Source: Bugula neritina (taxonomy: Eukaryota > Animalia > Bryozoa). Taken from it: 64,000 bases of DNA. Made by a program: the position numbers and the translations under genes. Location: the NCBI GenBank assembly GCA_964035545.1, contig OZ037767.1, forward strand, positions 30,954,628-31,018,627. Reading direction: 5' to 3'. Under the pieces are notes generated by a model that did no database searches, was not told the origin of the DNA, and worked only from the letters and a program-made list of their open reading frames with translations. Each line of letters starts with the position of its first letter. Within the stretch, counting starts at the first letter, position 1. This document shows, piece by piece, positions 9,811 through 23,662 of the stretch.

Positions 9811-11650
9811 TGAAAAACTCACGCAATATATTGATGGATTTTTGAGCTCTTGCAAGTTACATGTATATCTATAAATCTTCATCTTAGTTCATCTGTTTAA
9901 CCAAACCATATTCTGCAATCTCAGTTTACTTCTACATGAATGAGTTTATTAATTACTCGCCATCTAGCTGTGATGCAATTTTATGCAAAAAAATATCTAG
10001 ATTGAGTTTCTTAACACAGCTGATTATTTGTTATACATAAAGAAAGCTTGCTACAGTTAAAATTTTTGTTCAGCTTGAAATTACAACTTACAGGCATATA
10101 GGTAATCTAAATTCCATGATATACAATCAAGAGAAGATAATTCCTTTAAATACAAACAAAGATTAGTTTTTGCAGGGTATTAAACAGCTAATAGCTGTAC
10201 ACATAAATACTATAGTTACATATCTGGACATTTTTATTAAGCAAACAGAAACTAAGGAATGTCCAAATTTTTGCCCTCAACATCTGTAATTATTTTACCT
10301 GCATGTTTACCTGCAAACAACTGCTTTATGTTTCAGCAACTGTCATTTTCAATGCTAAAACAATGCAACATATAATATTTATATTAATTTATCAGATATA
10401 TATAAAGTCATCAATACTTTTGTTTTGCTTTAGTGCAGTAAAAATTGTGTGCTTAAAATAATTGTAAGAATTAATAAATTGTTGTTCGGACTTCAAATTC
10501 TGTCTAAATAATATGTGTAGCATATTTTTACATGCATAACATATTCTGATTTAACACTTGCAATGATTTTCTAACAATTGAAGTCAAAAACAACTGGAAT
10601 GGTCTTACTACTCATTGAGATTTACATTTAAAAACCGCCACATATACTGGAGTACGCTATGATGAAAGAAGTATGATCAATATGAAGTACATTTCATACA
10701 TTAGCCATTTACTTCATACAACTGTAGCCTATGTAATGTCCTAATCATACTATAGCGGTTTCATCACGCACTCACAAATATATTATGTTTATATCTAATT
10801 AATATAAATGTGTGAAGGTAAAATGCATTAGTATAGTAAAAGGCTGCTCACACCCAATAGAGCTTTGTCTAATATAACAGGTGTACCACATTGTGGTTAG
10901 CTGTGTGAACCTCCCAGCCTATTGCAGTTGGTTACATAAACCTTCCAGCCTATTGTAGTTAGTTCACAAGGTCGATGCACTACTTCCATAGCACGCCCAG
11001 TTCTAGTTTTTAGCCCTAATTTGCAACATGACAAGAATAGGTGGAGCTTTTCTGTACAGAAATTACTTTCTAAAGTAGACTTTAAAAACAAGCTAATTAT
11101 ATTTTTATTTCTCACTCGGAGTCAATTTTAAGTTGGGTCTATTTTTGAAACTAGATTCAGATAACTCATGCACATGATTTTAGCATATTATTTCAAAGGG
11201 CCATTAAAATAATATCTTCTTACATGAATTTAATGTATAGGGACTGTACACAATGAGGTCTCTATCATGTAACTGTCACAATTGTCATTATTATGATAAT
11301 TATTAGATATAAAAGCTATTAATGATCGCAAAGCCAAATAAAAAGTTTTTCCCATTATTACTCATGTATCAAATAATTTAAACAGTATTTTAAACTAAAT
11401 CAAACCATGAATTTGAAGACATCATAATTATTTTTAAAATTGATAACAATAAATGCAACATAATGTAACTATTAAATTAAAAAACAACAGTTGTAAACTG
11501 GTTATAATCAACATAGACATTAACTGACTTTTTCACAAGTGTTATAAAATTTTACTGCTTTTAGCACAACAGACCAGCTATTTGAAGTGTCAGAACATAT
11601 CTTCTTCAGCGTACCAGCGCTATTGGTGGTTACTTGGTATTACTTCAGAC

Positions 11651-14600
11651 TCAATGTAAAGAAAATCCATTTTCGTCTCGATGAAGAGCGGAGTATTGCC
11701 GAGTTGGGTTAGAGACTTCTGCGGCGCCTGGAACCTCATACGTCTGCTGGGGCTCTCCCGGATGAACTGAAGTCAAGGTTTGCTCAGGATCTTGATAGGT
11801 ACCGCCATATATGTCATTACCGGCTGCAAATGTTGTCATTGGTGCAGTTGTCCTCCCCTGTAAGGCTGGATCTTGATAAGTATCACTGTAGATACCATTG
11901 TTGACCCGAGACGTAGCTAGCGTGTTGCGTGCGTTCAGTGAAGGGTCTTGATACATAGCGTAGGTGTTGTTGGAAGACTGAGTGAGGCTGGCTGACCTAG
12001 TTATTTGACCTACTTTCTGGGTGTTTTCAGGGTCTTCATACTCGTCACTTCCCCAGTCCGCTGGAGGTTTAGACGATATCATAGTAGATTTCTGAAAGGA
12101 ATGCATAGCTGGTGGCATCGGTTTCAATGTTTTGCCATTGATTTCGTAGTCGACATGAGAAATGGCTTCGTAGATCTCGCCGTCGGCACCAGGACTGTAC
12201 TCAGTTTCTTCTGTTGGTATCTTCACTTGGGCTCTTGGAGGTGGCAAAGTCTGTTAAGAGAAAGTTGTGATTATATCTTAGAAACATGTTTGAAAGGAAG
12301 CTTTTAACCAAGTGTCCAATTACATCATTTATAATACTTGATAGAACTACAGTTTGGAGTCTCTTCTTATACAATATTGAAAACTTTAAACATTATAGAT
12401 TGTCATAGAAATATCTAAGTAAGCCAAAAGTTTGAATGGAGCTAGGCTTTATAAAGTAGAACACACAGTAGGAGCATAATTTATAAAAAAAACTGCAGTG
12501 TTAAAAGTTGTCGCCTAGAAGTTACGGCAAGCATAGCAACGATGCATGGCTGTAATCATACCACACCCTATGTAACGCTCAGGAGAAAAGCAGCCATACT
12601 TGCTCACAGACAAGCCAACCTAAATTCTGTACATCATCTATACATCCAACATTAGTTCAAAGTGCATTTATTAAAATAATTAATTCATATGAAGTATTAA
12701 AAAATTACTCATGTTAATATATTTAAATTTAAGGGATGTTGACTTGAATTAGCATAAGAGACTCTACATACTGGTTGCTGGTTCCCAGGTATAGCCATGG
12801 TGGAGTTGTAGTTCATGTTGTGGAAGACTTGTTGGTAAGGGTCTACCTCCCCCCTGTTGGCTCTTCGGCTGTAAGAGTAAATAGAGTGCTAACTAGACTA
12901 CAAGCACTTGCTTCAAGCTGTCATGCAATAACTAGACTTATACTGTGTGACAAGCACTTGCCCCTGACTGTCATGCAATAACTAGACTTGTACTGTGCGA
13001 CAAGCACTTGTTCCAATCTCTCATGCAATAACTAAACTTGTACTGTGACAAGCACTTGTTCCAAACTGCCATACAATAACTAACAAACTAGTTTATTCCA
13101 ATAATTAGATATGTTTATGCATGGCTATGATATTTATAATATAGTTATAAAGTTTAAATATTAATCTAATGTAAACTTACTTTTTAACTACAATTGTGAC
13201 TATAATGATGAGTCCGACCATAACCACAGCAGGTACAGCTGTCGCTACTATTACTGTCGTCATATCCAGTTGATTGCTGCTCCCAGAACTTCCTCCTTGA
13301 AGGTTGGACAGGTTACCTCCGTCATTGGTCGTCCCTTTTGGTATGTGACCAAGTCCAGCTACATAGAAAATATCTCAAGTATAAAATGTACATGTTTTTT
13401 ATACCTTATCATAAGTGATTCAAGATTCATAAACAAAATTCAAATTATAATTTATAGCTACATGGTATATACATGTTAGCTAATAGTAAAGTGTAATGGA
13501 AGGGAAGAATTTTTTTATATGATGCAAAAACATGATAATGGTCCTAAAACGCTGTAGGTGTCAATAATTCTATTTTCCACCACTGAACAGATTACAAAGT
13601 TTGAAAGCTAATTAGAAAAAAAGTGACGCCTAAGATTACAAAATTATAAGGTTTATTTTAATTAAAAATCCATCTCCTATTTATTTTATGCATCTTTATA
13701 AGCTCGGTATTAAAATTGCTAAATAAATAAGTGTTGTGTAATCAAATGTGCTGTAATGCTATAATTTCAAATGTATATTATTATGTTTTCAAATAGAATG
13801 TTATATTTCCAATTGTATTACGGTAGTTTCAAATGTGGAGTTACAAACAAAACCTCACAGAGATTGGGAGTTGGGTGGAATATTAAGGAAGGTTCACACT
13901 GCATGGTGGAAGGACAAACAAAGAAGGTATATAATGGTGCTGGAGCTATTCCAATACTTTTTAATTTGTTTCGGTTATAATTTCAGCAAATGATGCTACC
14001 GTTTTCATGGTATTTTAATTATCATAATTTGCATATAAATTGAATCTCATATATGCTCATTTGCTGCAAATTAGTTCCCTATCTAAATATTTTCCTCAAT
14101 AAAGTTGTTGAATTAACTCACTTCCATGCGCATCATGCTGAATGCCTGTTTTCAATCCGCCTGACAGAGTCTTGACGGAATTGCTTGTTGAAGACTCTGT
14201 TGGTGTGGAAACCGACGAAGAGATAACTGTTGTAGTGGATGGTGTATGTTTTTGTGTGACTCTTGTAGTAGCTGTTGTTGGAACCTTTCTTCTAGGAGAA
14301 GGCCTAGTAGTTGTACGAGTAAATCTGGTTGTTGTAGGAGTGGATCTAGTAGTGGTAGGGGTGGATCTAGTGGTTGTAGGAGTGGATCTTGTAGTGGTAG
14401 GGGTTAATCTGGTAGTCGTAGGAGTGGACCTTGTCGTGGTAGTAGAGGTTGTAAGGGTGGATCTAATGGTGACCCGTGAAACAGGTCTAGAGGTTATTAG
14501 AAGAGTAGGGCTAGATGTGGGAGAAGGAGTTCTTCTAGGTGTGGGACTGGGGGTTGGTGGGTGAGTGGATACAGTATCAATCTGTGTGATGGGGGGTTGT

Positions 14601-17600
14601 TTTCTTGTAGTAGTGGTAGTAGGTTGACCAGTTGTTCTTCTTATTTGCGCCGTACAGTTTGAAAAACTGAGGAACATGGTGTTGACTAAGCAGTTCCGTA
14701 AATCTACAAGAAACACACAACTTGATTGGTGCGTTTCTTTAATTCTCTTGATTAATTGGATAAGCTTGATTCTCTGTTAGATGAGCGAGAGGTCCAGTGA
14801 TCAGTTCAGTTCTATTATGTTGCATGGTTAGAAGGGGTTTTAAAGTTAAAATCTTCTATAATTTTTATTATAGAAAAGCTGTAGATTGCAATAAATGTAT
14901 CTATACCTAGTTATTTGATAAGGTTAACTATCTTTTAAATATAGTTTTGAGCAAAAAAATTAGCTCCTAAAAATTGTTGAGTTTTTTTGTTAAACCAAGG
15001 AATTAGGTTTTCAAGGATTGTTTTAAAACTTGATTTTCTTGTAAATTTTACCTATTTACATTTTATGAACGCTTTTAGAGCTACACCTATGTTCAACGAA
15101 GGCAGGTGATTGCAGGTTAGTATTAGCAAGTGTGTTAGTATTCAGATACATTGCTAGAGGTGATCAAAGGAGCTAGTGCAAGTTGATATACCTTCATTCC
15201 AATACTGAGTGTTAGCGTAATCCACCTCATCAGAGTCTGAGTCTGACTCATCCCTAAGCACTCTGCTCAAACCCCCTACACACAAAATCATATTCATTTG
15301 TAGGTTTTAGTTTGTTGAGTTTTTATTAAACATTGACAGATAACTTGCGCTCTTTGGTATGAATTAAATTAATTTTTTTTGAACTTGGAAAAATAAATAT
15401 TGTTTTATCTCTAGCATCAGTTTACTGGCTATTTTGAAAAAAAAAACAGGAAAAAATTTGTCCTTATTTACTGATTTGGTGACTCTATGCAACGGCTGCT
15501 GTTGTTTTGAGAATAAATTATGTAAGTTTGTGTTTATTAGTTTCAGCTGATGTCAGATAGAAGGAAAGCAAATAGGTACTATATAAGACAATCACTGTAC
15601 AGTAAGAGGTGTTAGCAAGAACTAACCAACAGCACAAGACAACTGACACTGGACTCTACACTCTCCTAGACAGACTAAACAATTCAGAGCAGTTGTGATG
15701 GCCCAGAGTATACCCAATACACCAATGTTATCATTCTGAGCTTCAGAGACACAACATTGCATACTTCACAAGTTGTGCATAGCCTAGGGCAGTTTAATTT
15801 GAGTTTGCGCCCAGACAATTTCTCTTTACCAAAAGCATTTTACTTATGTCAGCTTTTAGCAGTTATTTACAGCATATATGCTGTACTCAAGACTAAATAG
15901 GAAAAGTATGCAATAATGTGCCGGAGAGATTAGGTTGGTTATGTCTAAAGTTATCTCTCTACTCACGTGTAATTCCTGACAGCAGGTCGTCGACTGGCCG
16001 TAGAGTAGTCGTGGTTGCTGAAGGGCGTGTCCTAGGTGGTCTGGGCGTGACTCGACTTGTACTAGGTACAGCTGATGTTTTTGTAGTTGGAGTTCTCGGT
16101 TGGTTGTTCAGGGCCGTAGGAACAACTCCCCCTATTATGTAGCGATGTTCAACACTCCTAAGCCATATGTTGTTGACCTTCACCTTTAACCAATAGATCA
16201 TCACATCTCCAGGCCTTACATCTTCGTCAGAGTACTCGTGGAACCAGATATGCTCAGCTACATACAAGAAAGTTACAAGATATAAACAAAAGTATGTGAC
16301 TCAAACCTATAGCAATGGCAGAGCTTTAGAATGCAGTCGTGTGCTTAAAACTTTTAGCTATGAGGTAAAGTTTCTACAAGGTTGTCAAAACTATTTTATT
16401 TTTGTACTCATGTGTGGCGGATGTATGTCACAGCTATAGGCATTTAGGGCTTGGCTTTTGACTAACCTTAAATTGCAGGTACCCTATCAAGTTCAAATAC
16501 TCATACAGATATAAGTTTACTTGAATCAGGAGAAACACAATGCAGGTTAAATAGTTGTATTATTCTTAAGTGTAATTTTATTAAAACTGCAGTACCTTAA
16601 ATACTACTTAAAGAGTATATGAACATTGCTTTAGTTCCAAGAGATATTTTACCCTAAATCTTGCTGGCATTACACGCGAGGGTTCATTTACAAGTCTCAG
16701 TGTTTCATAACCAAAGTTGTAAACATTAGACTGTGGCAAAGGCATGATGGTGACGTGCTTTATGATTTCATTAAATGGTCAATTAGAAGGAATTCGATTC
16801 CCACTCAGGATAATTAAAGATTGCAAAACACGCATGAAAATAGAAGTACAGCCTGGTAGATGGTGCCCGCTTCCCTGTCAATAAGGAATCTGCCGAGAGA
16901 TTATCCCATCCCTACCCTTAGGGTGATTCAAACACACTAACAAATAAACATAAAATGTCAATTTGATGAATTGTCAAGGCAACATACTTCTTGTATCATC
17001 AGTTTGGGCTGTAGCTTAGTAACCACGTGACATGTGTACACATAAGTCTCACAGCAATGTCCTCTGATTGAGTCATTAGATATAATCTTATATTTGTTAT
17101 TGTGTCTTCCTTAAAGATTATTATCAAAGTTGAATGGGATTGTGATCCTCTGTTTGTAACATTATTTAATAAGTTAATTTTGAAATATGAAAATTTTGAT
17201 GGCTCAAGTTTATACTGGTGATGGTAAAAATATGCAGCCATTGATGAGGTCATCACATACCAACAGGACGAGTGCTGGAGGAGCTCTCGGATCCCGAGCC
17301 AGAGTTGGAGTAGTGTTCCCCATGAGCAAAGCCAGTGATGTTGTAAGAGAGATAGGAAGATGTAGAGCCCTGGACGTCTAAAGTATAGAACAGCAAACTT
17401 TATAATAAAATTGAAAGACTTGCTGAGTGTTTTCAAATCTATAATATAATTATAAAATAATAAAATCTGCAGCATTTTTAAAAACAATTTAATAAAAACT
17501 CTCATATTAATAAACATATGCTTTTTATATAATTACTTGCCTAAGTCTAAAAAATGCTGTTTATATGTTATATGCTTTAGTTAATAAATCAGTTTCCGAC

Positions 17601-19689
17601 TCAAACATCTGAATTTGTTTATAAAAATTGCATCTAACTGCAATTCGAAAATTCAGTTTTGTATTCAAAATATTTTCTAACCACTTTTAAATGTACTGCT
17701 AACTGCTTATAAATAAAATGTTATAAATCAGTACCTTTCTTGATCTGCTTGAAAAATTTTAAGTTAAGAATGTTTAGATGCAAATTAAAGCAATGAATGC
17801 AAACTAAGGATCAGTACCATATAAGAAATAAATAGCATTCAAGTATTACGACAGTGCATTTGTACAGCTAAAGCTCTGCTTTGTATCGTGCTAACTAAAC
17901 TAGGCTTTACGTGCATAAAATAAAATATTCACCTAAATAAAACAGTATCACGAAATGCAGTTCAATGCTTTTCTTTGTTTAATGAAGCTTGATTTTGCTT
18001 TATATGCAAACAATAAATCTACATGCAACTATGTTATGCACATAAAGTTAATTTGAAGCCTATTTTTATTTTGAATCATATTTAGAAAAAATACAGTATT
18101 TGTGATGTACTGATGTGGCGTAAGGCAGCTAAGAAAGCTGATGGCGTTTAAGTCACAAGACTATTGCGTTACTTATAAATACAATTATGATAATTTTACA
18201 TCAGAATATTTTATTAATATAATAATTATACAAATATATTCATTCTCCCAAATTTCACCACAGCTATAGGTGTATGAGACTCATTATAATACGTTGTATT
18301 GTGTTGAAACCATAATCTTTTGTTTGCAACCAACAGAATAGAAAATTATGCAAATAAAGGGCGTGGAAAAGCCATCAGTTGGCATAGATCTAGTTAGTGT
18401 TTGATCTAATAGGGTATCAGTATAGAGGTATGAACTTAGTTTAAATGATGTAGCCTCACTTCCATGTTGACACCCAGTTAATGCATTGTCACAGAAAGGA
18501 AATGAATATAAGAGCTGGCATCTAGCAAACTGCACGCAACCTGCATCTAATTGTAATCATGGTGAAGTATTTTGCTTGTTGCCAAAACTCTAATTGGTTG
18601 GACTGAACAGGCTATAGTTGCCAACTCTTAGGTTTGGGGAGAGTCTGGCCATGAACTGTGGTTAAAGTTCTTGTAAATGTCAAATTAGTCTAATTATAAT
18701 GTAGTAAATCAAACCTAATCTCTTTAAATAAGAATATTTGAGCTTTGCTTTACAGAACATTTTCAAAGTTGTTTTTTAGTAAATTTGAGATTTTTTATTA
18801 TAATGATGCAATATTGCGGAATTTATGTTTGGGAGAGATTTTCAAATACTCACATAATGTTACTATACAATTTCAGCAGCTAATCAGATCAAAGAGTTTT
18901 GGAGTGGAAGTCAATGATAAAAGTTTCAATAATTTCATATTATGTAAGTCTGATTTAAAATGAATACTTCATCATCTGTATTACATTATTACTTCAATGC
19001 TGTTTTTTAAATGTTATGCAAGCACTTTGAAAAAATTAATCTTCAGGCTGTAGAACGACAGATCTATGTTGCCTAATACTTCCATGTTGACACCCTGACA
19101 TCTTATTATATAATCTTATACATTTTTAATACTAGAATTTCTGTGCACAAAACACGTGCAATTTCTTCTTGTTTTATTCAGGCATTAAATAATACGCTAA
19201 AATTTGAAAGACTCCATTAATAGTATAATACAATATAATTTGTTTGTGTTAAAGTTGAAATCAACTAACAGAGTAGAATGAGGACTTTTTCCTTGCACCA
19301 TCTCCAATATATGGTCTAAGGTAGAACTTATAATGGTGAACCTGACTAGCAACCCTATCTGTACAGAGTACAGACCAGTTAATAAACCTACTATGTGTTT
19401 GATTGAGTTAATCTGCATAAGTATTGTTTGACTGTTTAGCCAACTACAAGAGGACTATTACAGGTTTTAAAGAAATTCGTGACGCAGTGAGAAGTAGAGC
19501 AGCTGCTATACTGCAACAGGTAACCGACTTACAAGTTCTCACAGTGAAGTAGAGGATAGGATCTTCGTTGGGAACTTGCTGGTACAGGATGTCAATGTCG
19601 TAGTCATCTTCTTTCAGAGTATTGGCAGCGCCGAGTGCTGCCAGAGACAGCGTATGCGCTGTCAGCAGTAATGTCTGTATCCCAACCAT
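11651..19689 (-). CDS. Type-I single-pass receptor-like protein (about 701 aa, 8 exons): signal peptide, CBM39-like domain, Thr-rich mucin stalk, TM, Tyr-motif cytoplasmic tail
   Basis: Exons 19689-19533, 17377-17261, 16257-15967, 15275-15192, 14703-14122, 13358-13181, 12868-12772, 12250-11651. All GT-AG, phases consistent, 2106 nt open. TM VIVATAVPAVVMVGLIIIVTIVV followed by KNRR. Tail has YEDP, YQDP x3, YEVP, YEAI, YSAL. Confidence 0.85.
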
Positions 19690-19880
19690 GATTCTTTGTG
19701 CAGGTATAGCTCTCTAGTTACTCTGTAGTTTGTGCAGGGATGAGTCAGTCTCATATTCCAATGAAGGGTAAACTTGCTAATCCCGATGACGGAGTGCAGG
19801 TGGTAAAACTGCTCTCATTGCAGATTCACTCTCCCCACTCATAGATCCAGCTTTCTAGTTAACTGACATAATTTTCTAAG

Positions 19881-19915
19881 GTATTTATATTTAGTAACAT
19901 ATGTTCATCCAATGA
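19881..19915 (-). promoter_or_regulatory. Candidate TATA box for the receptor gene
   Basis: TATAAA on the minus strand (19884-19889), about 200 bp upstream of the ATG, with a CCAAT nearby. Confidence 0.35.
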
Positions 19916-20859
19916 GAAGCTGTTTTAGTCTTGGCTATTTACGTATTGTCTTAGTGATGAATATTCAAATATTGCTGTTGCCATGACGATGCCCCAACCC
20001 AGTTTTGAATATTGCTTTAAGAATTATATACTCAATGGAAGTAGATTGGCTACAATTTTTATATATTAGTTTGTGTTACGTATTTCAGTGGTTAGTTATG
20101 TACTCAGGACGTTATTATAAGTCACTATGACATCTACAAAGTTTACTAATTGAAGTTATTTGCATAATTATTCTAATAACATGGGTTGTGCTCAATAATA
20201 CTCCATAATTAAAGAATTTCAAACAACTTCCTTTCTCTTGTAATTTTTTCTTTATATGAATTAGATAATTAGACTGTAGATAATATTTTATTTAATAACT
20301 CATACAAGGGGCCGGCACAAAAATACTTCCCAATATTTTACATATTTTATTTGAATTCCAACAATTTCCATTTTAACATTTTTTGCCTTTTTAAAACATT
20401 GTAGTTGCCCTTTCTTTATTTCAGTTGTAGACTATACAATGATAAGTATTATGATGCTACAAATTAAACAAGTTGTTGTTTCAAATAGACTGTAGCTAGA
20501 TATATACTGATTGTTACTACAATTAACAGGTGGTTTGAAGTGTTTTATAAATATATCCACTTTTTATTTTCATTGTCTATTGCGAGTTGTTATTTAGAAT
20601 AGCAGTTTTCATATATATACTATAAGTTAGTCTTGTTACTGACTATTCGTTGCTTACCTGATCTGGAGAGTATTAACACTATTGATAACTTTAGCACATT
20701 GGGGTCGGTGCAGTAATGGAGAAATTGAGAAAAGCCTGTGTTCTAGATTAGAAATGTAGCAATTTCAACCTGAGCCCCAAACCAAAATTTAATAGTAAAA
20801 TTAAAGAACTTAGGTTATCTTAATTTCTCCACTACTGCTTCTAAATGACCACATCTTAT

Positions 20860-21585
20860 AAGACCCAGTCAGTATGTTCTAGTGAGACCCAGTCAATGTA
20901 ATATCTAAGACTCAGTCAGTATAATATGTAAGACTCAGCCAATATGATATCTAAGACTCAGTTAATATAATATCTAAGACTCAGTCAATATAATATGTAA
21001 GACTTAGTTAATATAATATCTAAGACTCAGCCAATATAATATCTAAGACCCAGCCAATATAATATCTAAGACCCAGCCAATATAATATCTAAGACTCAGT
21101 CAATATAATATCTAAGACTCAGCCAATATAATATCTAAGACCCAGCCAATATAATATCTAAGACTCAGCCAATATAATCTAATAGACTCAGCCAATATAA
21201 TATCTAAGACTCAGTCAATATAATATCTAAGACTCAGCCAATATAATATCTAAGACTCAGCCAATATAATATCTAAGACTCAGCCAATATAATATCTAAG
21301 ACCCAGCCAATATAATATCTAAGACTCAGCCAATATAATCTAATAGACTCAGCCAATATAATATCTAAGACTCAGTCAATATAATATCTAAGACTCAGCC
21401 AATATAGTATCTAAGACTCAGTTAATATAATATCTAAGACTCAGCCAATATAATATCTAAGACTCAGCCAATATAATCTAATAGACTAAGTAAGTTGAAT
21501 CTAGTAAGACTCAGTCAGAATGCTTTGGTGAGACTCAGTCAATATAATGTCAGAGACTCAGTAAATATTATCTAATAGACTCAGA
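20860..21585. repeat. 23-bp minisatellite, about 30 copies
   Basis: Unit AGACTCAGCCAATATAATATCTA, homogeneous in the centre and degenerate at the edges. Confidence 0.95.
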
Positions 21586-23602
21586 GTTAGTCTGGCATGT
21601 GTTTTTATTGTATCAGACTATATTGTAGTATATTAGTCAACTTGGTCTATGAAAAAAGTGCTCTAATTTTTTTTTCCACTCCTTTACAAAAATCATATTT
21701 CCTTTTTAAAGTGTTTTATTAACTTTTTGAAAATTATTATATGCATTTCCATATTTATATAATTTATATATTCCATAATAAAGAGTTACATGCCTTTGAA
21801 ATACTCCATGCAATGATCGAGTCAATGACTAAATTTACTATCTTATAGTAGTCGGTATTTTACTAATTTAGGGAATTATCCAATCATGCAAATAAAATAT
21901 CTGGAGGTTTCAACAAATATGGCCTTACATGAAAGGTCACAGGTTAAAGTTAAGGTTCAGAATAGCCTATCTAGAGTAGTGGTTTTATAGATGAGCTAGT
22001 CAACTTACTGTAATAAATAAAATATGTGGGTTACAAGTACAAATATAAAACAGTTTATTAATATCATCTACCTGCTATTTAAAAGCCAAAACATGATGAA
22101 TTGTGGGCATGTAAAGACAACTTCACAAATGGCTTCAAACTTCCAGTTATTGACTAAATAAACGATTGCATAGAATTGATGTCATATCTCATAAAAAAAG
22201 TGTGGGGGGAAAATAAAACAAAAACTGTATTATTATAGATTATAAAGCCCAAAATTCTTTCATTCATCAGCCTAAGAATATAGTTATTTTTCTTTCCATT
22301 GAGTTGATCCCTGCCATTCCATTTTATTCCTGTTAGACTATTTACACAAGGCTGCTTCATTATTTAAAAAATAGGTAAGACGTTAGAAGACACAAAAGGA
22401 AATAAAAAGCTTTATTATTTTGACCGATTTTTTTGACTTTAATTTACTCAAGTACATGTATATTTAGAATTTCACATTTTTATCCGTAAGCCCTATTTCT
22501 AGCTATGGGGCTTATGGTGACAGTTTTATTATATAACATCAACAGTTGATCTGGAGGCCACTTGCAGGCGTCTTGGTGCATATTCTGAAGAAGCTCAAGA
22601 ATACAATAATGAGTACTCTGTTATTACTCTCTTAAGAAATCAAAGAAGAATAGGAACTTTGCCCAAAGCCTAAAATTTCAAAATTTCTACTAAAATTTTT
22701 TGCTTTTTAAAGAAGTAACGTAATTTCACGTTTATTCCATATTGCATAAATTGTTTTGAAATTAAAGGAAGTTTTACAATGTTAACTGATGCAATAGTAT
22801 ATCATCAGTAACATGAACTCAAGTAACCATGGGCAGGCAATTACTGTAAAACTTTCCTACAAAAATATATAATGTAATATATTGTTAAATAATATAATGC
22901 AATATTATAATACATTATGAAGTTATAATATAATGTAATAGAATACGAAATAATATAAAATGATGTAATACAATGTATACATGTTATGCCATTGTAGCAT
23001 TTAGGGAAATATATTTATAACATAATGCTATAATTAGTACCACACAATTACTATATTGAGAGCGTATAGAGAGCATAGCAAAACTGCTGAAGTGACATAA
23101 CTATATAACATCTATAATTATTTTAAAAGATGGCCATCAAATAGAGCTGCCTGGTGGAAAAATGCAGAAAAGTACAACTAAATTTAAATTTTATCAAAAC
23201 TAAGAGACTTGAATGTCGGTTTACTCTGATTATACGTATTGCATAAGTTCTCCCTGCTCAGCCCATAAATGGTAGAGTTAGTTTTGTTAATCAACTGCTG
23301 CTTGAAGTACCCTGCAAGGAAAATCAGAATAAGAAATTAGTAGTTATCTTCCCACTAAGTCATGCGTAATCTTTTTTAGCTGCTATAAGAATGAACTTAT
23401 AATCTGAGTACTGTAACTTACTAGTCTACCCTCTAATGCAACTATATGGTCCCCAAATTATTATATAATAAAATTGTCTTTTACTCAAAATAGAGGTCCG
23501 CTTACTGTATATGACAAAATTTTGAGTATTGCATATAAGATTGTTGGTTTACATGCAATCATCAATAAAATAGCTTCAAACAAAACATCTTACATCTTAC
23601 AA

Positions 23603-23608
<6 letters not shown>

Positions 23609-23658
<50 letters not shown>
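23609..23658. repeat. (TA)n microsatellite
   Basis: Uninterrupted TA run of about 50 bp. Confidence 0.95.

Positions 23659-23662
<4 letters not shown>

Noticed and set aside
14142-14564. Val-rich 140-aa ORF (and the similar one at 5205-5408)
   Set aside because: Antisense to Thr-rich coding sequence.
20300-20345. Possible Tc1/mariner TIR (TACAAGGGGCCGGCACAAAAA)
   Set aside because: No partner end and too short to support.
20860-21585. CRISPR-like array
   Set aside because: No unique spacers, eukaryotic context and no cas genes; an ordinary minisatellite.
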